Assembly (NCBI RefSeq): GCF_963921235.1
Contig: NC_086097.1
Location: 245,956,001 to 246,020,000 of the forward strand
Direction of reading: 5' to 3'
Length of the DNA stretch: 64,000 nt
Source: Mobula hypostoma
Lineage: Eukaryota
Program-made: the position numbers and the translations under genes
Shown: positions 25,065-37,673 of the stretch, one piece after another
Layout: each line of letters starts with the position of its first letter
Numbering within the stretch: the first letter of the stretch is position 1
The notes under the pieces: model-generated
Database searches by the model: none
Told to the model about the DNA's origin: nothing
What the model saw: the letters and a program-made list of their open reading frames with translations, nothing else

Positions 25065-25998
25065 ATGGTGGGGATAGAAGGGTGGGTTGGCAAGTTTGCA
25101 GACGACACAAAGGTTGGTGGTGTTGTAGGTAGTGTGGAGAATTGTCGAAGATTGCAGAGAGACATTTATAGGATGCAGAAGTGGGCTGAGAAGTGGCAGA
25201 TGGAGTTCAACCCGGAGAAGTGTGAGGTGGTACACTTTGGAAGGACAAACTCCAAGGCAGAGTACAAAGTAAATGGCAGGATACTTGGTAGTGTGGAGGA
25301 GCAGAGGGATCTGGGGGTAAATGTCCACAGATCCCTGAAAGTTGCCTCACAGGTGGATAGGATAGTTAAGAAAGCTTATGGGGTGTTAGCTTTCATAAGT
25401 CGAGGGACAGAGTTTAAGAGTCGCGATGTAATGATGCAGCTCTATAAAACTCTGGTTAGGCCACACTTGGAGTACCGTGTCCAGTTCTGGTCGCCTCACT
25501 ATAGGAAGGATGTGGAAGCATTGGAAAGGGTACAGAGGAGATTTACCGGGATGCTGCCTGGTTTAGAGAGTATGCATTATGATCAGAGATTAAGGGAGCT
25601 AGGGCTTTACTCTTTGGAGAGAAGGAGGATGAGGGGAGACATGATAGAGGTGTACAAGATAATAAGAGGAATAGATAGAGTGGATAGCCAGTGCCTCTTC
25701 CCCAGGGCACCACTGCTCAATACAAGAGGACATGGCTTTAAGGTAAGGTGTAGGAAGTTCAAGGGGGATATTAGAGGAAGGTTTTTTTTACTCAGAGAGT
25801 GGTTGGTGCGTGGAATGCACTGCCTGAGTCAGTGGTGGAGGCAGATACACTAGTGAAGTTTAAGAGACTACTAGACAGGTATATGGAGGAATTTAAGGTG
25901 GGGGCTTATATGGGAGGCAGGGTTTGAGGGTCGGCACAACATTGTGGGCCGAAGGGCCTGTACTGCGCTGTACTATTCTATGTTCTATATGGTCTATG
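25065..25998 (+). mobile_element. CR1 LINE 3' ~0.93 kb, same subfamily as 3676-6143
   Basis: KFADDTKVGG...LVRPHLEYRVQFW..., nearly identical to 5235-6143. Confidence 0.95.
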
Positions 25999-26391
25999 TA
26001 CATACTGACTTGCGTATATCCTCTGAGACACAATGTCCATGGTCAACCACAACCAACAAAGGGCCTCAAGTTTTAGATCCTTATTCTTATCAGCCTACTT
26101 TTCTATAACTATGCTATATGTAACTGAACTACGATCACTGCTACAAATATGCTCTCCCATTCTTCAATACTTATTCTAGAATTTTCTCAAGCCATTCCCA
26201 TCCCGTCACCCATGCAGCCCCTTCCACTGACACCAATCCCATCCCATCTTCCTTGTCGAACTTCCTACACACTGTCTACTGGAGGCTGGACGACTTGTCT
26301 GCGTGTGGCGCTCGATGGGTGGGTGGGAAGGGTGGAGACGCTGCTGTTGTTTGTGTTGTTCTGCTAAACATTTTGGGCACGCTATAAGAAC

Positions 26392-26702
26392 ATTAGATTA
26401 GATTAGATTAGATTAGATTCAACTTCATTGTCATTGTGCCGAGTACAGATACAAAGCCAAAGAAATGCATTTAGCATCTGACCAGAAATGCAAAGAATAG
26501 TGTTATTTACACAATAACTGAATAAAATAAGTACTACAGCACACAAGTATAAAAGTACTGAGACAGTACAATACGGATGCAATACTGCTTAGCGCTGTGA
26601 TGAGAGGTTCAGCAGTGTCACAGCCTCAGAGAAGCAGCTCTTCCTGTGCCTGCTGGTGTGGGAGTGGAGGCTCCTGTAGCGCCTACCGGATGGGAAGAGA
26701 GT
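26392..26702 (-). mobile_element. LINE 3' end with (TTAGA)n microsatellite tail
   Basis: attagattagattagattagattagatt at 26391-26419, followed by Rex-like 3' end sequence. Confidence 0.7.
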
Positions 26703-27370
26703 AACATAAGAAATAGGAGCAGGAGTCGGCCATCTGGCCTGTCAAGCCTGCTCCACCATTCAATAAGATCATGGCTGATCTGACCATGGACTCATCTCCA
26801 CCTACCTGCCTTTTCCTCATAACCCTTAATTCCCCTACCATGCAAAAATCTATCCAGCCTTGTCTTAAATATACTTACTGAGGTAGCCTCCACTGCTTCA
26901 TTGGCCAGAGTATTCCACAGATTCACCATTCTCTAGGAAAAGCAGCTCCTCCTCATTTCTGTTCTAAATCTACTCCCCTGATTCCTGAGGCTATGTCCCC
27001 TAGTTCTAGTCTCACCTACCAGTGGAAACAACTTTCCTGCCTCTATCTTATCTACGCCTTCCATAATTTTATATGCTTCTATAAGATCTCTCATTCTGAA
27101 TTCCAGTGAGTACAGAGCCAGGCAACTCAATCTCTCCTCATAGTCTAACCCCCTCATCTCTGGAATCAACCTGGTGAACTTCCTTTGTACCGCCTCCAAA
27201 GCCAGTCTATCCTTCCCCAAGTAAGGAGACCAGAACTGCACACAGTACTCCAGGTGCGGCCTCACCAGTACCCTGTACAGTTGCAGCATAACCTCCCTGT
27301 TCTTAAATTCAATCCCTCTAGCATTGAAGGCCAGCGTTCCATTTGCCTTCTTGATAACCTGCTGCACCTG
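26703..27370 (-). mobile_element. CR1 3' fragment
   Basis: ORF 26933-27367: REVMLQLYRVLVRPHLEYCVQFWSPY. Confidence 0.9.
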
Positions 27371-27569
27371 TGCTACGTTGGCGCCAGAATGTGTAGCGAT
27401 TTTTGCAGGCTGCCCTTAGGTTGTGTCGGTTGCCAATGGAAACGATGCATCTCACTGTTTGTTTCCACATACATCTGATAAGTAAGTGAATCTGAAACTG
27501 AATGTTCTCCTCAATGCAACTTAGGAACTCTTGTCCCTGACACCCTTTACACTGCACCCAAATCTAGTT

Positions 27570-28110
27570 TTTGTACTTATGTAAATTGAATTAAATAAAC
27601 AGTGCAAAAAGAGAGGTAATGTTCATGGGTTCATTGCCTGTTCAAAAATCTGATGGACGAGGGGAAGATGCTGTTCCTAAATCATGTAGTGTGTGTCTTC
27701 AGGCTCCCGTATCTTCTCCCTGATGGTAGAAATGAGAAGAGGGCATGTCCTGGGCGATGGGGGTCCTTATGATGGATGACGCCCTTTTGAAGCTGTCCTC
27801 GATCTGGGAAGGTTAGCACCTATGATGGAGTTAGCTGAGTTTCCCCTCTTGTGCATTGGCTCCTCCATACCAGATGTTGATGCGGCTCCACCCTACATCT
27901 GTAGAAATTTGCCGGAGTTTTTGGTGACAAACTGCATCTCATCAAACTCCGAGTGAAGTATAGCCCCTGCCATGCCTTCTTTGTAATTGCATTGATATTT
28001 TGGGTCCAGTAGTTATCTTTAGAGATGTTGACACCAGGAAAACTGAAACTGTTCACTACTTCCACTGCCGATCCCTCGATGACAATTGTGTGTGAACTTG
28101 CCCTTCCTGA
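27570..28110 (-). mobile_element. decayed Rex1/Babar-type LINE fragment
   Basis: IEGSAVEVVNSFSFPGVNIS...WTQNINAITKKAWQGLYF...SPKTPANFYRC. Confidence 0.8.
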
Positions 28111-28233
28111 AGTTTGCAGGGTGGGGAGAGTCCGTAATTTTTCCTGTTGGCTTCTTTGTTCTGGCCACATACAAGTCCTACAGTAATGGTAGACTGCAGC
28201 CAATGACCTTTTCTATCGACCTTACAGTTTTCT

Positions 28234-28506
28234 AGCAACACACATCAAAGTTGCTGGTGAACGCAGCAGACCAGGCAGCATCTCTAGGAAGAGGTACAGT
28301 CGACGTTACAGGCCGAGACCCTTCGTCAGGACTAACTGAAGGAAAATCTCTTACTAACTCTTCCTTCAGTTAGTCCTGACGAAGGGTCTCGGCCTGTAAT
28401 GTCGACTGTACCTCTTCCTAGAGATGCTGCCTGGCCTGCTGCGTTCACCAGCAGCTTTGATGTGTGTTGCTTGAATTTCCAGCATCTGCAGAATTCCTGT
28501 TGTTTG
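28234..28506. mobile_element. Penelope-derived fold-back element with two hammerhead-ribozyme motifs
   Basis: 111-bp near-perfect inverted arms at 28234-28344 and 28361-28471, plus a ~35-nt extension. Each arm contains agtc-CTGACGA-agggtctcggcct-GTAA-(c/t)gtc-gact. Confidence 0.85.
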
Positions 28507-29179
28507 TAGTTTGCTGTAGTTTTTGTACATTGCGAGAGGGTGCTGTACCAAACATCAGTGATGCAGAATTGCTACAGTATGTTCAGGGGAATGTGGAATT
28601 TTGCCAGCTCCCCCAAGAAGTACGTCTTCTACTGTGCCTTTTGTTAATTAAGCAGGCATATTTCTCCCACATGAAGTCTTCGAAATAATGATGGCCAGGA
28701 CCCTGAATGTTGAAATGGTGCTAACTGTTCATATAAGAGAATGATAATGGTTCTGACAGATGAAGACCTGTGTCAAAAAGGTCAAAGAATTTTCCATGTT
28801 TTCTATTCAACAGTAGCAGTAAGACGCAGCAAAAACTGCAATGCAAACACCTGCAGCTGAAGATCAATAACAAATTGAACAGACGAAGATTCGTCGGCCT
28901 TCAAAGTTAAAGTACACTTATTATCAGGGTATGTGTGGGTCACCGTATGCTACCCTGAGATTCATGTTCTTGCAGGAGTGCACAGTAAAACAAATAAACA
29001 CAATAGATTCAATGAAAGAAACACAAAGATGGACAAACAACCAATATGCAGAAGACACCACCTTGTGTAAATACAAAAACGGAATAATAATACATCAGAA
29101 ATACATTTCATAAATAGAGATTGCAGGCTGCAGATTGCAGCAATAGTGTTTCAGAAGAAATATATGAAGTAGCCTCCAA

Positions 29180-29505
29180 GAGGATCACAACCTTGTCGTA
29201 GGGTTTGGAGGCCTGCGTACCTCAATGGCCTGGAGAGCTCTGTTGGTTGGAGTCAGGGCCTTGTGCCTTTGGGTTTTGGTAGGGTCACCCATGCCAAACA
29301 GGTCAAAGGTTAGAGGCCAGACTAAGAGCGGGCCGCCAGTCCTCCAAGTTCAAGGGTTCAGCTCAGGACTAACAACCCTGACTCTTTTTAAAAAAACTGT
29401 TATGGAAACAGTAATGAAGTATCCTTCTATATCTGTGTGTGACAGTATGGACAGACAGAGATTGGAGGACCTTCATTGCTGCCCTAAACACCACGGGGTA
29501 ACAGA
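29180..29505 (+). mobile_element. bipartite non-autonomous RTE (Expander/Rex3-like) derivative
   Basis: 5'-UTR-like block ggtagggtcacccatgccaaacaggtcaaagg...ggccagactaagag joined to a 3'-end remnant (gacagacagagattggaggaccttcattgctgccctaaa). Second copy at 32775-33010. Confidence 0.65.
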
Positions 29506-32500
29506 AAAATGAAAATATGAAGTACAAGAAGTTTCCTGTGCAAAACACACAAGCATCATCTTGATCAGCTTTATGTCTACGATTAGCCTTAGGAAAATCT
29601 ACTGCATGTTTAGATAATCATCACCTCATATTTGCCTGTGGTTTGAGCTTCTTTGGCGATTAAACTGATCTCTGCATTTAGCAGGTATGGCATAGGCCTC
29701 AGGCCTTAGCACTACCTAATACAGGAACCAACACTCACCACTGATCCTATTGTTGGTCTTGTTGTGAAATATCACCTCAGTATGTAGCATGGTTTTATGA
29801 AGTTTGTTGTATCACATTACCATTAAGACAAATGGATTGTAACTTTCCTGAGGTCACATTCCAAATAAATTATATTTTATTTGATAGAATGCTGAAAATA
29901 ATAATGATGTAATGCAAAATAGCTGGTTATTTAAGTCAAAGTCTAAAGTTCAAACTGAATTTATTATCAAAGTACATATATGTCACCATATACATCCCTG
30001 AGTTTGGTTTTCATGAAGGCATACTCAGTAAAAAGAACTACAATAGAATCGGTGAGAGACCACAACCAGCACAATGGACAAGCAACCAATGTGCAAAAGA
30101 CAACAAACTGTGCAAATAGAAAAGAAATAAAAATAAATCAATACACAACAAAATATCTAGAACATGAGAAGAATGTGACTCCATAGCTTGTGGGAACATT
30201 TCAGTGAAATTGAGTGAAGTTATTCCCTCTGGTTCAGGAGCCTGATTCTTGAAGGGTAGTCACTGTTTCTGAACCCGGTGGTGTGAGTCCTGAGGCTCCT
30301 GTACCTCCTTCCTGATAGAAGCAGTGAGAACAGAGCATGACGTGGGTGGTGGGGTCTTGCAACCAATGGATGTTGACAGTGGTTCAGAGTAGGTCAAAAA
30401 ATTCAGTCCAAATCCTTTCAAAGGGTGCTCTCCTATTGCAGGTTATCCATTTTTCTGCCCACATTGAGATAGGATAAGACCGTAAGACATAGGAACAGAA
30501 TTAGGCCACTCCATACCATCAGGCGTGGAGCTGCCAGGGAGCAGGATCCAGGGTTGTAAACTCACCCAGATCCTTCATGGGCACTAGGCTCCCCAACACC
30601 GAGTACATCTTCAAAAGGTCAGGCCTCAGGAAGGAGGCACCCATCATTAAGGACCATCACCACAAAGAACATGCCCCCTTCTCATTACTACCATCAGTGA
30701 GGAGGTACAGGAGCCTGAAGACACTCCCTCAACATGTTAGGAATAGCTTCTTCCCTTCTGCCATCAGATTTATGAACAGACCATGGAATCCAATGAATAT
30801 TACCTCAAATTTTGCTCTCTTTTGCACTAGTTATTTTTAAAAATATATTTCTTATTGTAAATTATAGTAATTTTTATGTATTGCTCAGTACTGCTGCTGT
30901 AAAGCAATGATTTTCACAACGTACAGTACATCTGTGATAATAAACCTGATTCTGATTCATGGCTTCTTTTCCCCTCTGAACTCTGTTTTCTCGCTCTCTC
31001 CCCGTAACCTCTGATGCCCTCACTAATCAAAAACCTATCAACCTCTGCTTTAAATTTACCCAATGATTTGCCCTCCACGGCCGTCTGTGGCAATGAATTC
31101 CACAGATTCACCACCCTCTGGCTAAAGAAATTCCTCCTCACCTCTGTTCTAAGCGGAGGTCTGTCTATTCTGAGGCTGCACCATCTGGTCCAAGACTCCT
31201 CCACTATTGGAAACATCCTGTCCATGTCCACTCTCTCTGGGGCTTTCAATGCTTCTTGTTTGAAATATTTAAAGTAGCTTTGTGACATTTACTTTATTAT
31301 ATACAATACAAAAATGCACATTATGCATTTCACAGCTTTAGAACAGTGGGTCATCCTTTTAGAACAGAGATGAACAAGAATTTCTTTAGCCAGAGGGTGG
31401 TGAATCTGTGGAATTCTTTGTCATAGGCAGCTGTGGAGGCCACGTGTTTTTGTATACAGTATTTAAGGCAGAGGCTGATAGATTCTAGAATGGTCAGGGC
31501 ATGAATGGATATGGGGAGAAGGCAGGAGACAGGGGCTGAGAGGAAAATTGGATCAGCCATGATGAAATTGGCCATCCGATGTACCAAATGGCCTAATTCT
31601 GCTCTTATACCTTATCATATTATGGTCTTATTATTATGATTTATTGTTCTTGTCATGTATCATTGGTTGGCAGAAGTTCCCATTTATCATAAAGCAGAGG
31701 GCATCCATGCCAAATTGCCAATCATATAATAGTGATGCAATATCAATACCTTCCAATTCCCAAGTAGCAATTCTGTAAACCAAAGCACCAGCACAAGGAT
31801 CGTTAACCAATCAAGATCACCCTTACTCTGTATGTCTTGTATACTTTGTTAATCCTCATCTTAATCAAACTGGATCAGGAGATTTGTTATGTCACCAGAC
31901 ATCCTAGCAAATTTCTACAGATCTGCTTCGGAGAGCATCAATGTCTGGTGTGCAGCATCTAATGCACAGGATTGCAAGAGACGCAGAGGGTTATCAGCCA
32001 TCTCCATCACGTGCGCAACTCTCTTCACCATCAGGGACATTTTCAAGAGGAGATGGCGTCTAGAGTAGAGTAAATTTTAAGGAACAATAGTGCAGAATAT
32101 TACACAAATGGGGAGAAAATTCAAACATTAGAGGTGCAAAGGGACTTGGGAGTCCACGTGCAAGACACACTGAAGGTTAATTCACAGGTTGAGTCTGTGG
32201 TAAAGAAGTTGCGAAAGTAAATAGGTTACTATTTTTTAAAATTTACTCTAAGTTGTAAAAGGTAAGTAAATTGTAGAGTAAATTTTTAAAAATAGTAACC
32301 TATTTACTTTCGCAACTTAGGGTAAATTTTATGCAGACAAAGTTCACAATGTATATCACTGATAATAAACCTGATTCAGATTCTGAACTCAAGTTTATTG
32401 TCATACGCACAAGTACAGGTGCAAGACAAAATTTACTTGCAGCTGAAACTCAAGCACACACCATCAACACAGCACCACTCACAACAAAAAAATTAACATA

Positions 32501-33009
32501 AATTATATACAATTGTTAGAAGAGAGAAAACGCAATTATATCAAAAAGGGAAGTCTATTTTAGTGCAAAGTGTTGCTAAAGTGTGGTGGTGATTAGGGTT
32601 TTGCTATTTGGTTCAGGGATGAATGGCTAAAGGGAAGACCTGATAAAGGGTCTCAGCCAAAAATGTCAACTGTTTATTCCCCTCCATTGATGCTGCCTGA
32701 CTTGTTGAGTTCCTTTGTGTCACTCTGGATTTCCAGAGAATCTCATGTGCTTATGTGCTGAACCTCCAGGACTACCACAACCTTGTCATTGGGTTTGGAG
32801 GCTTGTGTGCCTCAATGATCCAGAGAGCTATGGTGGCTGAAACCAGGGCTTTGTGCTTTGACTCTAGGTAGGGTCACCCATGCCAAACAGGTCAAAGGGT
32901 AGAGGCCAGACTAAGAGAGGTCCACAAGTTTTCTGGGTTTGGGGGTTCAGCTCAGGGATAATAACCCTGATCTGTAAAACAAAATTGTCACAGAAACTGC
33001 AATGAAGAT

Positions 33010-33958
33010 TCATAGAACATAGAAAAGTACAGCACAGTACAGGCCCTTCGGCCCACAATGTTGTGCCGACCCTCAAACCCTGCCTTCCATACAAGCCCCC
33101 ACCTTAAATTCCTCCATATACCTGTCTAGTAGTCTCTTATACTTCACTAGTGTATCTGCCTCCACCACTGACTCAGGCAGTGCATTCCACGCACCAACCA
33201 CTCTCTGAGTAAAAAACCTTCCTCTAATATCCCCCTTGAACTTCCCATACCTTACCTTAAAGCCATGTCCTCTTGTATTGAGCAGTGGTGCCCTGGGGAA
33301 GAGGTGCTGGCTATCCACTCTATCTATTCCTCTTATTATCTTGTACACCTCTATCATGTCTCCTCTCATCTTCTTTCTCTCCAAAGAGTAAAGCACTAGC
33401 TCCCTTAATCTCCAATTATAATGCATACCCTCTAAACCAGGCAGCATCCTGGTAAATCTGCTCTGTACCCTTTCCAATGCTTCCACATCCTTCCTATAGT
33501 GAGGTGACCAGAACTGGACACAGTACTCCAAGTGTGGCCTAACCAGAGTTTTATAGAGCTGCATCATTACATTGCGACTCTTAAACTCTATCCCTCGACT
33601 TATGAAAGCTAACACCCCATAAGCTTTCTTAACTACCCTATCCACCTGTGAGGCAACTTTCAGGTATCTGTGGACAGGTACCCCCAGATCCCTCTGCTCC
33701 TCCACACTACCAAGTATCCTGCCATTTACTTTGTACTCTGCCTTGGAGTTTGTCCTTCCAAAGAGTACCACCTCACACTTCTCCAGGTTGAACTCCATCT
33801 GCCACTTCTCAGCCCACTTCTGCATCCTATCAATGTCTCTCTGCAATCTTTGACAATCCTCTACACTATCTACAACACCACCAACCTTTGTGTCGTCTGC
33901 AAACTTGCCAACCCACCCTTCTACCCCCACATCCAGGTCATTAATAGAAATCACGAAA
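33010..33958 (-). mobile_element. CR1 LINE 3' ~0.95 kb, same subfamily as 3676-6143
   Basis: ORF 33073-33954: INDLDVGVEGWVGKFADDTK...LVRPHLEYCVQFW; tail catagaacatagaa. Confidence 0.95.
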
Positions 33959-34419
33959 AATCACAACTTCCTTCTACAGCTGAGTGCAATAGTCATGCAA
34001 GTCCTGAGTCTCCACCTGGGACTTGCATGACTGACAGTATGAGGAAGGGAAGTAGCTGTTTTTGAACCTGATGCTTGTGTGAATTCAAGCTTCCATACCT
34101 CCTGCCCGGTGGTAGCTAGGAGAAGATGGCAAGGCCCAGGTAGTGAGGATCTTTGATGATTAATGTTGCCATCTTAAGCATAAACATGAATTACATCCAC
34201 AGTAAGGTGATAGCAAGGAAGAAACAATGGTTCTACTGAATCCAGCCATCTTCTGTACATTACTAGGGGACATAATTTTAAGGAGATTGGAGGAAAGTAT
34301 AGGGAGCACATCAGAGGTAAGTTTCTTTACACAGTGAGAGGTGGGTGCATCGTCAGCCTGCCGGGGTGGTGGTAAAGACAGAAACATCAGGGGCGCTTAG
34401 TCTGTGAGGCTGCAATAGT

Positions 34420-35228
34420 GTTGGGAAATGTATGATAATGCATTTTGGTGAAAGGAACAATAGTGCAGAATATTATCCAAATGGGGAGAAAATTCAAACA
34501 TTAGAGGTGCAAAGAGACTTGGGAGTCCTTGTGCAAGACACACTGAAGGTTAATCCACAGGTTGAGTCTGTGGTAAAGAAGGCAAATGCAATGTTTGCAT
34601 TTAGAAACGTTTGTATTTCAAGGGAAGTAGAATATAAAAACAAGGAGATAATGCTGAAGCCTTATAAGACACCAGTCAGGCTGGAGTATTGCAACAGTTA
34701 TCTCAGAAAGGATGTGTTGTTACTGGAGAAAGTCCAGAGGTGGTTCACGAGGATGATTCCGGGAATGAAGGGGTTAACATATGAGGAGTGTTTGGTAGCT
34801 TTGGGTCTGTACTCACTGGAATTTAGAAGAACGTGAGTGGATCTTATTGAAACCTACTGAATGTTGAAAGGACTAGATAGGGTGGGTGTGGAGAGGATAT
34901 TGCCTCTGGTGGGAGTATCCAGAACTAGAGGGCACAGCCTCAAATTTGAGGAGTGACCCTTTAGAACAGAAGTAAGGAGGATTTTTTTTTAGCCAATGAG
35001 TAGTGAATCTGTGGAATGCTCTGCCACAGACTGCAGTGGAGGTCGAGTCTGTGGGTATATTCAAAACGGAAGTTTGATAGGTTCCTGAGTAGTCGGGGCA
35101 TCATGGGACACGGTGAGAGGGCAGGCATATGGGGTTAAATAGGATCTGGGATCAGCCATGAGGAGATGGCGGAGCGGAATTGATGGGCTGAATGGCCTAA
35201 TTCTGCTCCTATGTCTTATGGTCTAAGT
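34420..35228 (+). mobile_element. CR1 3' fragment (older)
   Basis: MHFG...QRDLGVLVQDTLKVN.QVESVVKKANAM; tail cctatgtcttatggtct. Confidence 0.88.
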
Positions 35229-35859
35229 CTATGGGGGAAGTCAGAGACCTGTTGTCTGCGAGTCCTCCGGGGGCTGCAGAGGTGGCCAGTCCTGGCACTG
35301 GAGGACGGTGGGTGGGTGGGAGGAAGGAAAGGGGCTTGTTTTGCTGTTGTTGTTTGGTTCCGCTTGTTCTGTTGTTATTGTGACTGCTTGTGTTGTTCTA
35401 CTGAGTGCTGTGGGTATGCTGTGTTGGCACCAGAATGTGCGAGGGTGACACTTGCAGACTGCCGCTGTTTCGATGAACATGTGAGAAATAAATGAATCTG
35501 CATTCGAATACTTCCAGACTATTTATAAACTAGCTCAAAAATATCTTCTGGGTGAATTTTAGAAATTCTGCCCTCTAAGCTCTCACACTAAGATGATGCC
35601 AGGTAATATTAGCCTATTTTGCCAAACATCTATTTCCTATCGAATTCTGGGAGGCCTCAGTTGAAAAGCTACTGGACCATCTCGCCTCTTTATTGCAGTA
35701 ATAGATTCCAAAACGGATATTAAAATGTTATCTTCTCTTCTACGGTACATCCCCTGCCTGAAGACGCTCATCATGGAATGTGGAGTTACCAGACCTGCCC
35801 TGATTTCAAATATGTATGTATGGAAGCAGCCATATCGTATTCCCAGTTTTCTCCATTCT

Positions 35860-36135
35860 GGGGGCCTGGTAGTGTAGTGGTCAGTGCAACACTTTACAGT
35901 ACAGGCGACCCGGGTTCAATTCCCTCCGTTGCCTGTAAGGAGTTTGTACGTTCTCCCCATGACCTCCCAGTGCTCCAGTTTTCTCCCACAGTCCAAAGAC
36001 GTACCACTTGGTAGGTTAATTGGTCATTATATGATAAAGCTCAGATTAAATCGGGTGATCTCTGAGCGGTGTGGCTCGAAGGGCTGGAGTGGCTTGTTCC
36101 ACACTGTATCTCATCAAACAAATAGATAAATAAAT
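35860..36135 (+). mobile_element. V-domain tRNA-derived SINE
   Basis: tagtgtagtgg A-box, gggttcaattcc B-box, ggagtttgtacgttctcccc...cccacagtccaaagac; A-rich tail. Confidence 0.75.
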
Positions 36136-36257
36136 GCTGCGCGCTGTCGCCCTGCATATCCTCGGATAGTTACGGTCATTGACACAAAACAACATATTTC
36201 ACTGTATGTTTTGATGTTTCAAAGTTTACGTGAGAAATAAAGCTAACCTCTTCATCT

Positions 36258-36410
36258 TAAGCACGAGGAATTCTGCAGATGCTGCAAATTCAAGCAACAC
36301 ACATCAAAGTTGCTGGTGAACGCAGGTCTCGGCCCGAAACGTCGACTGCACCTCTTCCTAGAGATGCTGTCTGGCCTGCTGCGTTCACCAGCAACTTTGA
36401 TGTGTATTGC
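36258..36410. mobile_element. Penelope-derived partially inverted element
   Basis: 16-bp flanking direct repeat gctaacctcttcatct (36242-36257, 36409-36424); carries the hammerhead 3' half ggcccGAAAcgtcgactg. Confidence 0.8.
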
Positions 36411-36730
36411 TAACCTCTTCATCTGCCTTAGTTGTAGGACTTCATATAAGACATAGGAGCAGAGTTAGGCCATTTGGCCCATTCCATCAGTCATTCCATC
36501 AAGGCTGATTTTTTATCCCTCTCAACCCCATTCTCCTGTCTTTTCCCTATGACAGACTTACTAATCAAGAACCTATCACCCTTTGCTTTAAATATACCCA
36601 GTGATGTGGTCTCCACAGCCATCTTTGTCATATCTGTCTTTTGTGGTGTATGGCAACAGATGGTGAAATTGGAACTCTCAAAATTCACTGAAAGCGTTCT
36701 TATAATGTTCTTATAATAAACCTTCTGGGT

Positions 36731-37065
36731 CCGGGGTTCCCAACCATGTCTATGCCCTGGACCAATACCATTAAGGAAGGTGTCTGCGGACCCCAGGTTG
36801 GGTACCCTGGGGTCCACAGGGTTGGGGGTTCATGGCACAGGAATCTCATCCACACCTTGTATATCCTTCACCCTTGCGGCAGTAGGAACATCACCCTGCC
36901 TCTCCCCCCCTCAGGATGGCAACATTGCTCTGTTCTCTGTCCTCAGTTGCAACGTTACACTTCTTTACCATTTGCTGCATTGAGCAGGGACTCCCAGTCT
37001 TTCTTATGCTTGGGACCAATGTCAACCGGCGAGGCGTCTGTGGATCCCAGGCTAGGAACTCCTAC
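36731..37065. mobile_element. cluster of ~80-bp hAT (Charlie-like) MITEs
   Basis: ggggttcccaacc...caggttgggtaccctg (36731-36809) and cagggactccca...caggctaggaactcct (36985-37062); same family as 50632. Confidence 0.65.
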
Positions 37066-37136
37066 AGGATGGGCTGTAGCTGGAGCCTCCCAGGCCAGTG
37101 GAGCATCCCCATGAACATCCACAAGTATCTGCTGAT

Positions 37137-37673
37137 GCAGACATCCCACCCTGCAAAAACTCATTTCAGGGAGGTAGCACCATCAATTTGCGGGAGAATT
37201 CCAGGAGAGGTGGGATGTCTGCAATAGAGTAGCTCCTTAGCAGCTAGCCAGCTAGTTTAAATAACGTTAGCTATGCTAATGAACGAATGACACCTGTTAA
37301 ACTCACCTCAACACGTCTTTTACAGTCTTAACCCACCATGGGCAATAGAAAAGTCACTGTTGCAAACAGTGCAGTGAGCAACACTGTCATTATTTTTGAC
37401 CCCTATTAGGCAGGGGTACACTTTAGTGTAGTCTGGGGTGACGTACATTTTATATTTTCTTTTTTTGGAACACTCTGCCATGGCGTGCTCTCTCTCACTC
37501 TCGTGCTCTCTGTCTCTCGCTCTCGTGGCCTCTCATGTGCACTCGCTCTCTCGCTCGCTTTCTCTCTCAAAAAAATTGATTTCCGGGACATTTTATATAA
37601 TTTGCTGGCAGCAGGGAGCCACTATTAATATGCAGGAGACTCCCGGAACTTCTGGGAGAGGTGGGATGTCTGC
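37137..37673. mobile_element. non-autonomous TIR DNA transposon
   Basis: TIR (g)cagacatcccacc / ggtgggatgtctg(c). Flanking duplication is ctgatg (6 bp) or tgat (4 bp), depending on where the terminus is placed. Confidence 0.75.

Noticed and set aside
24999..25853. 284-aa ORF
   Set aside because: CR1 3' fragment with a fortuitous upstream extension from another repeat.
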